Source: Octopus sinensis
Taxonomy: Eukaryota
Length of the DNA stretch: 64,000 nucleotides
Direction: 5' to 3'
Assembly (NCBI RefSeq): GCF_006345805.1
Contig: NC_043008.1
Location: 4,402,001 to 4,466,000, forward strand
Shown here: one piece after another, positions 50,620-62,654 of the stretch
How positions within the stretch are numbered: the stretch's first letter is position 1
Layout of the letters: each line of letters opens with the position of its first letter
Position numbers and translations under genes: made by a program
The notes under the pieces: generated by a model
The model's input: only the letters and a program-made list of their open reading frames with translations
Told to the model about the DNA's origin: nothing
Database searches by the model: none

Positions 50620-52625
50620 TGCTGGCATGAGTTGGACTGGTTGGTAGGAGCTGGCAAAACCAAGCACCATAGCAAGCTTCCTTGTCTGATTTGGCATCGT
50701 TTGCTGAAGATTCCATCCTAATCCTAATGCCAAAAACTTTACAGAGTGTACTGGGTGCTTTTTATGCAGCATCAACACCAGTGCTCTTTACATAACACTG
50801 TCACCTAGTAACTTACAAGACAAAAAAAAGCAAAACCCCCTCAACTGGTAGTGGGGGGGGGAGTAGTGTTGAGATGGGTGGCTTTGTGCCAGTTGAGAGA
50901 TTGAAGAGGGACAGAAATGAGTGTCTTACTGTAGATGTAGATACATGGATACCTGAGTTGGATAAGAAAGGTGAGTGAGTAAAAGAGTAAGATAAAAGTG
51001 AGTGAGGAGTGAGGGAGGTGATGGCAAAGATGTGTTGGGACATGTCTTCAAGGGACACTGGGAGTGGTGATAACAGGTGAGGTGATACAGAGGTTTGAAC
51101 CGGGTGAGTGAGCAGGATAGAAGTTACTGTTGCAAATGATGGAGAGAAATAGAGAAGCTTAGAGGCAAGAATTGCAGCAGAGAACATTCAGGTGTTAATG
51201 ATTGAGAAAAGCAGGAGGAGGAAGGAAGAGAAGATAGAGAAAGGAGGGAATTGGGCAAGGGAAGCTAATAGAAAACGAAAGTGAAAGTGGTTTGGGATGG
51301 AGAGGAAAGTTAAGTGAGGAAGCGAGAGGGATGTAGTGTGTGCCTATTCTGCTCTCAGCAGATGGAGGAGTGATGGGTGTATGTGCAAGGGGAAGTTGTC
51401 AAGGGAAGAGAGGACAGGTGAGGGAGGGGCAGAACCCCTCACCAGCAACCATTACTAAGGTGATTCTAGGATATCAACTCTGTGGTGGTGGATGGATTAT
51501 CTTGAGTACAGCAAGGCACCAGATACCTCAGTCCTTTGTCATCTCATTCATAAGGTTAAGTGTCTTGATGTCAGCCTTTAGTACTTCATCCCATGTCTTC
51601 CTGGGGTCTCCCTCTTCCACAAGTTCCATCCACTTTGATTGGCACATCTTTATGCAACTGTCCTCGTCCACATGCATCACATGACCAAACCAATGCACTC
51701 TTCTTCTCTCTTGCATTCTGCTAATTCCTCTTATACCTAACTTTTCTCTTAATATTCTTGTGCTCCGTCACACATGCATACTGGCATTGCACATCCAGCA
51801 GAGCATACTGGCTTCATTCCTTCTAGTCTTTGCATGTCCTCTGCATTCAGGGTCCACGTCTCACTACCATGTAGCATTGCTGTTCATACACATGCATCAC
51901 ACTTTCCTTTCATCTGAGGGAGAGAGAGAGAGAGAGAGAGAGACCTCTGGTTGCCAACAGAAACAAAAGAACTCTGAACTTACTCCATCTTATTCATATT
52001 CTAACAATTACACTTTTGGTACCTCCTCCTCCACGGCTAATTAAGGTCACCTAGGGAGCAGAAATTATCATCTACCTCTAGAGAGTCTCTGGAGCATTTG
52101 AGAAAATCAAGTTGTCATGTATCTATAGACTTTATGACTCTTGTGCAGCTTCCACACACACACACACACTATTAACCATCTTATTATTCCACTGCACCTC
52201 TTGTGCGTCCAAAGTTTGCACTGAGTACACCATGTGCAATTCCTGCCAACACCTTTTCTACATATGAAGCAGGGCCGTTTACTTGGAGTGGGTAGGGTCC
52301 TATCCATTATCTTGTTCGCTATGTTAACTTTAAGGCTCTTCGCTTCCAGGTTTTGCTTCTGGAAGATGATGACGAATAGGATGGAGCTGAGAATCTGGCC
52401 TTCGTAAACACCTACCTAATACTGAATGCATCACTGTACTCATGGCCAACTCTTACATTGCTAACAACACACCTGTACATGGCTCGTACTGCTCTTACAA
52501 GCCACTCATCTAACTCTAGCTTCCACAGAAACCACCGTATCACAGCCAGCTACTTTTTTTTAAGGTTTTCTTCAGATCAACAAATGTCAAGTACAATGGC
52601 TTATTCTTAGCTAAATATGATATAT
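50620..52625 (-). mobile_element. RTE LINE with internal deletions (RT remnants, PHD-like finger, C-terminus, long 3' UTR)
   Basis: Minus peptides KPLYLTFVDLKK, VGVYEGQILSSILF, PCFICRKGVGRNCTWCTQCKLWTHKRCS, RRRVHWFGHVMHVDEDSCIK, PRKTWDEVLKAD. Confidence 0.88.
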
Positions 52626-53419
52626 AATCATCATCGTTTAACGTCCGTTTTCCATGCTGGTATGGGTTGGACGGTTCAACTGGGGTCTGGGAAGCCAGGA
52701 AGCTGCACCAGGCCCCAATCTGATCTAGCAGCAGCACTGGCATCAGCCACGTTTTGACGGTGCTTTTTCCATGCTACCAGCACAGGGGTCACAACTACAA
52801 TTTCCATTTGATTTGATTTTGATACACACACACACACATATGCACACAACACACTGAAAACCATTGGAATTGAGATATATTCAAACTCCTCTTTGCTGCA
52901 GGTGCAATAAGAATGTGAAGTCATTCTTTCCACATTTTTGCAGAGCAAACAAAAGAAGGATGTTCTGACAGTTTGTTTCATGAAGCAATGCCTGACTTTC
53001 TTCTGAAATCAACAGCACAGATCAGCTGATACAGAAAGCATTCATGAATCACACTAATCCACTGGTGGATAACGGAGCTTTTATATTTTATGCCATCATC
53101 TTCATCAGTTTAACTTCCACTTTTCCAGGCTCACATGAGTCAGATAGAAATTTGTCGAGGCAAACTTTCTACAACTGGATGTCCTTCCTGTCATCAACCC
53201 TCACCTGTTTCCAGGGAAGATTATAGTTTCCTATCACCTGACATGTTTTCATGGAAGACTGGAAACAAAGAATGCTGCTTGCACGACAATGACTCTAATT
53301 CACAATTATAACATGACATGGAGACAGTAACACACATGCATGCACACACACACACACACATGCACACATACATACATATATATGTATGTATGTATGTATG
53401 AGGTCTTGGAAGGGTAAAT

Positions 53420-53574
53420 AAATAAATAATAAATGAGTGAAAATTGAACCAGTGGGTGTGTTAGATATTAAGGCAGTATGACTCTCCCCAGACACAACAA
53501 AATTTTTATATCAGGTTTGCAAGATTCTTTATGTGAATTCATGTGTTGAAACAAATTTTGTTGTGCCTGGAAAG

Positions 53575-53580
<6 letters not shown>
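53420..53580. mobile_element. Inverted pair of dispersed-repeat fragments (probable Penelope-like terminal repeat)
   Basis: 27-bp arms 53479-53505 and 53553-53579 (24/27 complementary); same family as 30305-30360. Confidence 0.55.
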
Positions 53581-53644
<64 letters not shown>

Positions 53645-53721
53645 ATAATATTAGGGAATAAATCCAAATTTACAGGGAAAAAATCAGATTTAGGATTAAA
53701 TCCAATTTTATAGTAAAATAT

Positions 53722-53899
53722 TATAAAATATTATTAGAGACAAAACCACTATTTTGCAAAACAAACAAGGAAAGACTTAATCAATACATAAAATTTTAAT
53801 AAATAGTCAATTTATTGACTATTTATTAAAATTTTATGTATTGATTAAGTCTTTCCTTGTTTGTTTTGCAAAATAGTGGTTTTGTCTCTAATAATATTT

Positions 53900-53903
<4 letters not shown>
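53722..53903. repeat. Perfect 90-bp inverted repeat with 2-nt spacer, between (TA)n tracts
   Basis: 53722-53811 is the exact reverse complement of 53814-53903. Confidence 0.97.
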
Positions 53904-53930
<27 letters not shown>

Positions 53931-54079
53931 TTATGTGTGTGTGTGGTGTGTGTGTGCGTGCGTGCGTGCGTCGATATGTGTATTTATAAGCTTTCTTTAC
54001 TGATATCACCAAATTTTAACCCATCAATGAATCCAGTTACTCCTTCCAGGTTGCTGTTGCCACTACATGGCAATGGATA

Positions 54080-54420
54080 TAATGCACTAGCACACACAAA
54101 TACACATGCACACACACACACACACATGCACACACACAAACACACATGCACAAACACATACACACATACAGAAACGCACCCACATGCACTCATACATGCA
54201 CACCTGCAGATATATATATATATATGTATATGTATACAGATCCACACACATATATACACACCCAGACATACTTGACACACACACTCACACATCAAGTACA
54301 CATGCATACATAACATCTAGAACACACACATATTTGCACACACTCACATACATAACCATACATGCACGTATATAGCCATGCATGCATGTATCAGGCTCAC
54401 ACTCACGTGCATGCATACAG
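54080..54420. repeat. Degenerate (CA)n/(TA)n/(CATG) alternating tract
   Basis: Directly visible. Confidence 0.9.
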
Positions 54421-56469
54421 ACTAGCAACCTGCTGACCCCCGTTCCTGAGGCTGTGTGTCACCACTAAAATCCTGTCCTAGCACATGTTTCTATGAATCC
54501 TAACCAGTAACTGATGTCACTGCTAAAGGGATAACACTATGTGGTCCATGTTGGCCCACCACAGCCCAATACTCGGAAGCCATCTTGTACTCCTCTCCAG
54601 TCCGTTTTCCATGCCGTATGAGTTAGGAAATCCGGTTCATTCTATGAGCCGACAGAATTTTAAACTGCATAATCGAATCAAACTGTTGTAAATAATAAAT
54701 GTAACCCATATCAAATATGTCTTGTGCTATTCACTTTCATTTGTCCACTCATGCATATATAAACAAGATAGGCCTCTTTCACTTTCTCTCTACCATATCC
54801 ACTGAGAAGGCTTCGAGTGGCCGGAGGCTAAAGAAGATGACATTTGTTCAAGGGGACAAGTATAAATCAAAAGTGAAACACATTCAAATAGAAGAAGGTC
54901 AAACTTGTTCTGACCAGTTGTTTGGCAAAACTTGGACAAACTGTTAACACTGGATGTAATTATGTCTTCTCTCTTTATCCCAACTTCTGTACATGGTAAT
55001 ATCGGTCTCTGTATAAGATATAGTTGTATGTAGTTTAGAATTATTACATTATGATATATATTTATAAATACATGTGAAGATGGATGTGCGTGTGTGCATA
55101 CATGTTGTTATATATGTATGTTTGTGTGCATGCATGTGTATATATATATATATATATATTTATATAGTTATGTATATTAATATGCATGCACATCTGTATA
55201 TGTATGTGTGTCCTGTGTAAATGTTCATATTTTAATTTGTGGAGTAGGAATACATCATGTGTATCTTAGTATATATATATGTATATATATACATACACAT
55301 ATAGATACTCACACATGAACATCTATGCATATGTATGTGTGTGTGTGTGTGTGTATTTATATATATATATGTACATACACTTATTGATATTTACATATGG
55401 ATATCTATGCACACCTGTGTGTGTGTGTGTATACATACAGATATTATATATATTTATACATACACTTACAGCAAATTAATTTAAAAGTATAAATTTTGGA
55501 AACACATTAATCACTATTGATTTTGTTTTTACATAGACACAAGGCCTTACCTTAGATTTATAGGGGATGAGAAATGATATTAATCAATATTACTTCTAAA
55601 AGATGTTCTTTGGTAAATACATCTTTAATGAAAGAAATTATTATGATTGAATTGTTTCATTTTCTTGAGTGAATCACAAAGACAAATTTTTAAATTTATG
55701 ATTTATTCATGCATATATATATATGTACACACACACACACACACACGTATATATCATTAAGCAATTGTTCAGTCTAGTTTGTAATCATTAAGAAAATACT
55801 ACTTGGAAGATCAGAGAATTTGAATGGAATCAAAACAAAAATTCAGAAATTCTTCTACATTTATCATGATGACTTAAAAATGGATTTCTGTGTAGACAAA
55901 GGAATTTACAAGAACGTTATATCCCTTTTATTTCAATATTTCAAGCCAATTGTCTTTAATTTCATATTAAAGAGACATCCATATTTTAATGGAGAATATT
56001 CAAAAATGTATGTTATTTTTATGAGGGTTTAAGTGGGTGTCTTTTTCAAATATCTGTTTTAATTTTAGGAAAAATGTTTTTATTTAAGAGAAATATTTTA
56101 TGAAAATGTCAAATTCTAAAAGGAAACGAGAATTTTTGCTGTAATTTTCGTATTTCCTATTGATTATAATTTCTTCAGCTTGATATTTATTGAGCTGACT
56201 TCTATGTAAAACTTAGAACTTGAATGAAACTCTCTCCCTCTCCCTCTCTCTCTCTTTCTCCTTCCTCTCTCTCTCTCCTCTCTCTCTCTTTCTCCTTCAT
56301 TTCCCTCATTCTCTCACATCTACGCACACACACACACACACACACACACTCAAACGTTCATAAACAGATTACAAAAGATCCATCCAAAGTTCATTTCAAA
56401 GTTACACTTATTTGTATCTGAAGTAAAATCTTCTGATTTAAAAGCAAACATTTTGCTGATTTTAGTCTT

Positions 56470-56940
56470 GCATTGTTTGAAGACATCAACTGTTTTTATC
56501 TTCATCCTATCAATCTTGGTGTCTACACGCATGTTCTGGCCCAGATGAGTGAGTGCATTGTTGTACACCACATCTCTGAACACCACCCGGTCCTCATCTG
56601 CTCATTTTGCACCAACATTGAGTTGGCTCAACTTCACATCCAGGTCTTCGTTGTGGTTCTATTTCCTGTTGTACCATTCCAAGTTGCTTATTGGCTGGCT
56701 TCCCTTGTGGTCCACTACCTGCATCAGATGTGCATATTCAGTTTTGTTAGGATGAATCTGTTATCTGACCATTGTTCTGGTGCTTGTTTCCCTAGCATCC
56801 TACATGTCTCATCTCCTGTCATACTCAATTAGATGCCAATGTTTGCAGTCCTGGATACATTATGCCTTAAACGAAAGACTTCCTGGTGATGACTTGAACG
56901 TCTTTGATCATATGCTCATTGGATTAAGTCGGACTTGGCT
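56470..56940 (-). mobile_element. RTE/BovB-type LINE fragment (AP-endonuclease C-terminus and linker)
   Basis: Minus peptides KHWHLIEY, QWSDNRFILTKLNMHI and DRVVFRDVVYNNALTHLG resemble the RTE motifs KHWHLIDY, CWTDHRLI.SKL and W..FRD.VY..A...LG. Confidence 0.75.
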
Positions 56941-58720
56941 TAAATGATAGCACGGGCAATATTAATAATTTGTGTTTGTTTATTATCATTATTACTTTAA
57001 AGTCCACTTTTCCATGGTTGCATGGGTCAGATGGAATTTGTTGATACAGATTTTCTATGAACAAATGCCCTTCCTGCCACCTCATCAGTTTTCATGCAAA
57101 AAAGATATTTCCCCAATGGCTGGACATATTTTCATAGAAAATTGGAAATGAGTGACACCTTTGTGTGATGGTGACACTCATTTGCAAGAACCATATGATG
57201 TAAAGACCAATAGACACAAACACCTTCATACACACACACACACACACACACACACATGACAAGCTTCTTTCAGTTTCCACCCAACAGGGTTTTGGTCAGT
57301 TTGAGGCTATAATAGAAAGCACTTGTCCAAAGTGGTTCAACCTGAAACCATGCGGTTTGAAAGCAAACCTCTTAAGCACTCAATCATGTCTGCACTTGTG
57401 AGTGTGTGCGTAAAATAACTGAATCACACACAGAAACCTCTCTCCTGTAGGCTGCCTGCTTCATCAAAAGTTCAATTCTATCAACTCCAATAATTATTCT
57501 CTAAATGTTCTTTAGCAAATGGCTCTCTCACCTATTGAGTTAGATCCATTTAGTGGTATGTGTCCCCTTAAGGACTTAAATACAAAGAAGAATATTCGCT
57601 ACACCTTTATGCAAATTGATACAAGCATAGAACATACATGTCTTGTGAGTGTATGTGTGTGCTTTAGGCTTCCATATCATTTCTAGCTGCCAAATTTCAC
57701 CCACAGGCGTGGTCCAGGGGGAGCACTTCTATGCTCTTATCCACTCATAAGAAATAACAGCAAAATTTCTATCAAATTACTTCCTACGGTTATTAAAAGG
57801 GAGAGACATAGTAGTGTATGATGTAGTAACAGATGCAAGGGAAGGACTGGAAGGCTGTGAGTGGAAGACCCAACCAACACTGATCTGGGGTTAAACTAAT
57901 TTTTTACTTTGAAATAAACATCTGGAAACAGATCTCATAAAGTTCTGTTTTTTGAAGAAAGAAATAATGGTTGGGATGGAGATTCTGCAATAATTTTTAT
58001 GTTCTTGTTTTGGCTTCGGATCAACCCTGATTCATATCACAGACATTTCTTATATGACTTCCTGTGTTTTTTTTTAATTTTATTTTCAAAACATTTTTCA
58101 AGTGTAGATCTGGTTGCTATTTTTTTGCCATATAGAGGCCTCCTTATTATACTTACTGCATTTAAGATTTTTTTCATCATCATCATCATCAGTTGACGTC
58201 CATCTCCCATGCTGGCATGGGTTGAATGGTTTAACAGGAACTGACAAGCCAGAGGACTGCACCAACCCCCACTGCCAGCTCTTGCATGGTTTCTATGGCT
58301 GGACGCCTTTCGGAACACCAACCACCTTACTACTACATTTTTGTGCTTCAAAAGTTTTTGTAATAATCTTTATAATCATTAATTTAGTTTCTTACAGCTG
58401 AGCTTAAAGTCACTATTAAGTATATTATATTCAAAATTACCTCTAATTAGGAAAAAAATAACAATACACGTGGTTATCATGCTGTGAAGTTCTTTCATAA
58501 ACTGACTCAGTTCCCAATATGTTAAGATGTCAATAAATCTACTTGGAAATTTGATAATCTAACTAATTTTAAAACAACAACAAGATAATCCTTTTTAACT
58601 GATCTTAAAACAACAACAAGATAATCCTTTTTAACTGATTTTGATTCAACACTTTCAAGCAGCAAAAATTATGTTAATGCCACAAAATCTGTAAATGCCC
58701 ATAATTATAATGGACGTTAC

Positions 58721-58837
58721 CTGTAATTAACACCATGCTTAATTCTGAGTTTAAATTCTTTAAATCTCATCAAGGATTCTTCTTCATCCTCAACAACTTC
58801 CCTCATCTTCAGTATCAAGTCTGCATGTGCTGAATCT
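58721..58837 (-). CDS. Weak candidate 117-nt symmetric exon (xDSAHADLILKMREVVEDEEESLMRFKEFKLRIKHGVNYR)
   Basis: Good donor TACAG|GTAACG and an open, protein-like frame (phase 2 to 2). The acceptor aaaacttag lacks a pyrimidine tract. Confidence 0.2.
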
Positions 58838-59243
58838 CTAAGTTTTCATCTGCCTTATACATATATACATACATATATATATATATATATAATATATATA
58901 TATATATTTATTTAAGGTATATTCCATTAAGAATGTAGCAGAGTACAAAACAGAGCTCGTTCACCCTTAGAATTACCAAAGAGCCAGTAATATTATATTA
59001 TGATATACTTCCAGGTCTAGATTTGGGCATTTGTCAAGATGGAGCAGTGTATAAAAATAATAATTATAATTCAGTTTTCACCCGCTCCCATCCTTCCCAC
59101 CCTATATGTATATGTATATATATTGGAATGCCCAGAAATATACCTCTGTACATATATGTAAATAGATGTATGCAAGTGTATTATGAGTATGAATGTATTT
59201 GTTGATCGGTGTAAGTATATAAGTATGCATATATATATATATA

Positions 59244-59432
59244 CTTTATTTAAAGCAGCGGAAAATTCAACAAAACCTGTTACTCTGAGTTTCACGCTCC
59301 CGGGAACATGAAACTCAGAGTAACAGGTTTTGTTGAATTTTCCGCTGCTTTAAATAAAGCATATTACTCTACCACTGGTATTTGAGTACTCTTTTTTTCC
59401 ACCTTGTTTCACATTTATGTGTTTACTCCGGT
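59244..59432. mobile_element. Probable Penelope-like terminal-repeat fragment with spacerless 58-bp fold-back
   Basis: 59244-59301 is the reverse complement of 59302-59359 with two mismatches near the centre; the unit continues to ...gtgtttactccgg and is flanked by (TA)n. The Penelope label is inference. Confidence 0.65.
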
Positions 59433-59953
59433 ATATATATATATATATGGGGATACCTAGAGATGTATATGTATGTGTATATATATATATATATATGTAT
59501 GTAAGTGATTGCATATGTATGACGGTATATGTGAGTGTATCTGTGTATGTATATGGGCATGTATACATGAATATATATGGGAGAGGCTGTGTGTGTCTCT
59601 GGACAAACAAATACTGAAGGTCAGATAATAAAGTTTCACATGTGCAGCCTAACATGAGCAATAGAATAAACAGCCAATGCCACTCGTAGCAGGCAGAATG
59701 AAACTGCCAGCATCTACTAAATTCAAACAAGACAGATGGATGTGTTAGCATCAAAGTCGAAGGTTTCGTAACTAACAGGGACAGCAATTGAATATCACCT
59801 GAATAAATACAACTGGGTCCCATTATACAGGTAAATCGTTGAATATAGTCAAATTCCTGTATATATGAAGAGCTGTGTTGTATGGAAACATATGTAAGGA
59901 TTATAAAATAACTGTCCAACTGTACTCCACCTTGTTGACTCTATCTTTTCAAT

Positions 59954-60004
<51 letters not shown>

Positions 60005-61116
60005 ACTTCTTCTGTAAGAGCACCCCCAGTCTGATGAGAATTTCATTAATAAGTATAAAATCAAGAAAATTCTATAAGAAATGTATTAAAATATTTTGCT
60101 ATTGGAGTTAATCATGTTGGGTATTGAACTCCTTATATTATGTTGAAAATTGTTGGGAAACAAGAAATCATGCTGGCATAGAAACTGACAAAATGAGCCA
60201 ATGAGAGAGCATCTACATAGTGCTTCTCCAGCTTCTAGACATAGCTGCTAAATCTCGCTCAAACCATGCCCTGGTGTTTAAAAAAAGTATAAAAGACATG
60301 TTGGATAATATAGCCATTCATATATATATAAGGATGAGATGGTCATGGCTAGAACGCATTTGATAAATCTGTTGTTAACAACAATAAAAACAGCTAAAAT
60401 AAAGTTTGATAAGATTTTGCAATCCCATCTTTTAATGATTCTTTCTTTCAATAAGCTCAAAAGACACCAAGCTGTCTGAGACCACCCATCCTGATTCCCT
60501 CTTTGAAAATTATCTAAATTAAATTCTTCCACCAATGTCTCATGTTAATTCATGCTTCCAAAACCAGCTTAATACAGAAAAGATATTTTACCAAATTTTT
60601 TTTTATTAACAAAAGCAATGTATTTTGACAAAAATATGGCTACAAAAGGATTTAATCCAGTAGAAATCTTTGGCTGAATATGCATTTCAAACATTGACAC
60701 AAGACTATAATTTCTGAGGAAACGTACTTTAATTTGTCGACCTCCCCCCACCCCCAACCCCACTCCACTCCATTTCCAGGAAAACTTCATATTGATGGAA
60801 ATTCAACTGAGCATGGACAGGTATTTCATTCAATGCTCTACTGATTCTGCATATCTTACAAAGATTGATTTCTTTTGTTTTCTGACAATAGGCGCCAGAC
60901 TACCAATTTAAGGGTCAGTTAATTAACTCAAGAGTAGTCCTCAAGTAGTCAACTGAAACAGGAGTTGTTTTGACTGCACAAGTGCAGTCATTTCATTTAA
61001 CCCCAGTCCTGAAGCAGTAATTATTTTATGAATCTTTGGTAAGAACAAAAGGCAAATTCAACACTCCTTCCACTGGAAGGGTTTGAAATCACTTCAGCAA
61101 ATGATTTCATTTAATA

Positions 61117-61849
61117 CAGGGTGCCCCAGAATTAACTATCATCATCATCATCATCATCATCATCATCGTTTAACGTCCACTTTCCATGCTAGCATGGGTT
61201 GGACAATTTTGACTGAGGGCTGGCGAACCAGATGGCTGCACCAGGCTCCAGTCTTGATCTGACAGAGTTTCTACAGCTGGATGCCCTTCCTACTCTGAGA
61301 GTGTAGTGGGTGCTTTTTACGTGCCAGCTACTCTGAGAGTGTAGTGGGTGCTTTTTACGTGCCACCGGCATGGGGGCCAGTTAGGCGGTTAAATTTTTTT
61401 TAAAAACTAACAGAATTTTATGCTTATTACTTAATTAGAATACCTACAACAAATAGATTTATCAAAAGTTTATTGAAATTTTCAACATGTGCTCCGTTTA
61501 TATCATTGCAAATTTCACGTCTATCCTTAGTGTTGCAAAACATGTTTTGAAGCATTTCAGGTGTTATCACCTGCACTGTTAGCTGAATCCATTCTTTAAG
61601 TCCAGCTAAACTATTGCTCCATCCCAGAAATGGAGGGAGAGAAAATGATTGCAGCCAAATTGAAACTGAGCTGTCATGGACACAGGTAAGCAGGAGCCAA
61701 CAGGAATGAAAAGAAAATTATTTTCAAAAATTATAAAAATTATAAACAAAATCAAAAATTTATACACTTTTAACACATAAATAAAAGCGAGTTTTTAAAA
61801 AAAAATGTCCAATTTCACTGGAATAGCTGATTAATTCTGGGACACCCTG
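61117..61849 (-). mobile_element. Internally deleted Tc1/mariner (rosa-like) element with both TIRs and TA TSDs
   Basis: ta|cagggtgccccagaattaa ... ttaattctgggacaccctg|ta; minus peptide LAGLKEWIQLTVQVITPEMLQNMF...REIC..INGAHVENF is a transposase C-terminus. Confidence 0.9.
61139..61397 (-). mobile_element. RTE 3'-end fragment inserted next to the left TIR, with a 38-bp internal tandem duplication
   Basis: (CAT)n-cgtttaacgtccactttccatgctagcatgggttggac; duplicated unit at 61290-61364. Confidence 0.88.
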
Positions 61850-62609
61850 TACTATGAAGTATTTTATTGTTTTGACAATTTTTACATTCTGCTGCCTTTT
61901 CTATGAGAAATAACAGCACTTTGAATCAAATATTTTAAATACAAACTGTATCTGTACCACAGATTACATAAGAAATAGATATAAATGATATTTATTAGTC
62001 TTCACTTCTTCACCACCACCACCATCATCATCATCAATGATGGTATAATGTGTCTCATTCCATGCTTGTATTGGCTGGAAAGGTCTACAATAAAACATCT
62101 ATCTGTGTGGCTTGAACCTGTATCATCTTTGGTACAGATATGAAGATCATTTCACAACCACTTGGCACTGAGATCAATCCTTCTGCATGGCACATAGACC
62201 AAGTATCTATATATCTACACACATACAACATACTGATACACTGGCATATATTTGAGTTCATTAGATTAGAAAGGAATGTATTTCATCATCTTTTTTGGCA
62301 TGCAAGTCAAATTTTTCAGACCAAAATTCACAACGCAAAATGGTTGCTCAACTTATACCCGTAGGCAACTCGGGAGGACCAAAAATTCCACATAAAATGT
62401 AGCAGGACTTGGAAAGAGAGTGATAACGTTTAAATGTTTCACCTATAAATTTACATTACATGCTACACCACCTTGTATACTGAAAAATATGCTAGGTTGA
62501 CTGAGCACTTATTTTTAAAATATCTGAATAACTATGGGAAATATTTATTCAAGATACCCAATTATCAAATGATATGAGAATTCTCATCTTTTGTTACCTA
62601 TCTCTGTAG

Positions 62610-62654
62610 AGCTACTCCTAACTGCATCTGATATTGTTTTATGCTATCCACTCT
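62610..62654 (+). CDS. Candidate 45-nt symmetric exon (xLLLTASDIVLCYPLx)
   Basis: Strong acceptor ctcatcttttgttacctatctctgtag and strong donor CT|GTAAGT; length divisible by 3; only the phase-1 frame is open. No homology recognised. Confidence 0.33.

Noticed and set aside
55551-55600. Strong minus donor AAG|GTAAGG
   Set aside because: All three upstream frames are closed and there is no other support.
59350-59919. Longest ORF in the track (189 aa, minus)
   Set aside because: Half is TA/TG microsatellite and the rest is probably antisense to a decayed repeat; no recognisable motif or splice context.
60031-60081. CTGATGAG...GAAA hammerhead-like core
   Set aside because: Five extra bases lie between the putative stem II and GAAA, stem I is unconvincing, and stem III pairing arises trivially from (TA)n.
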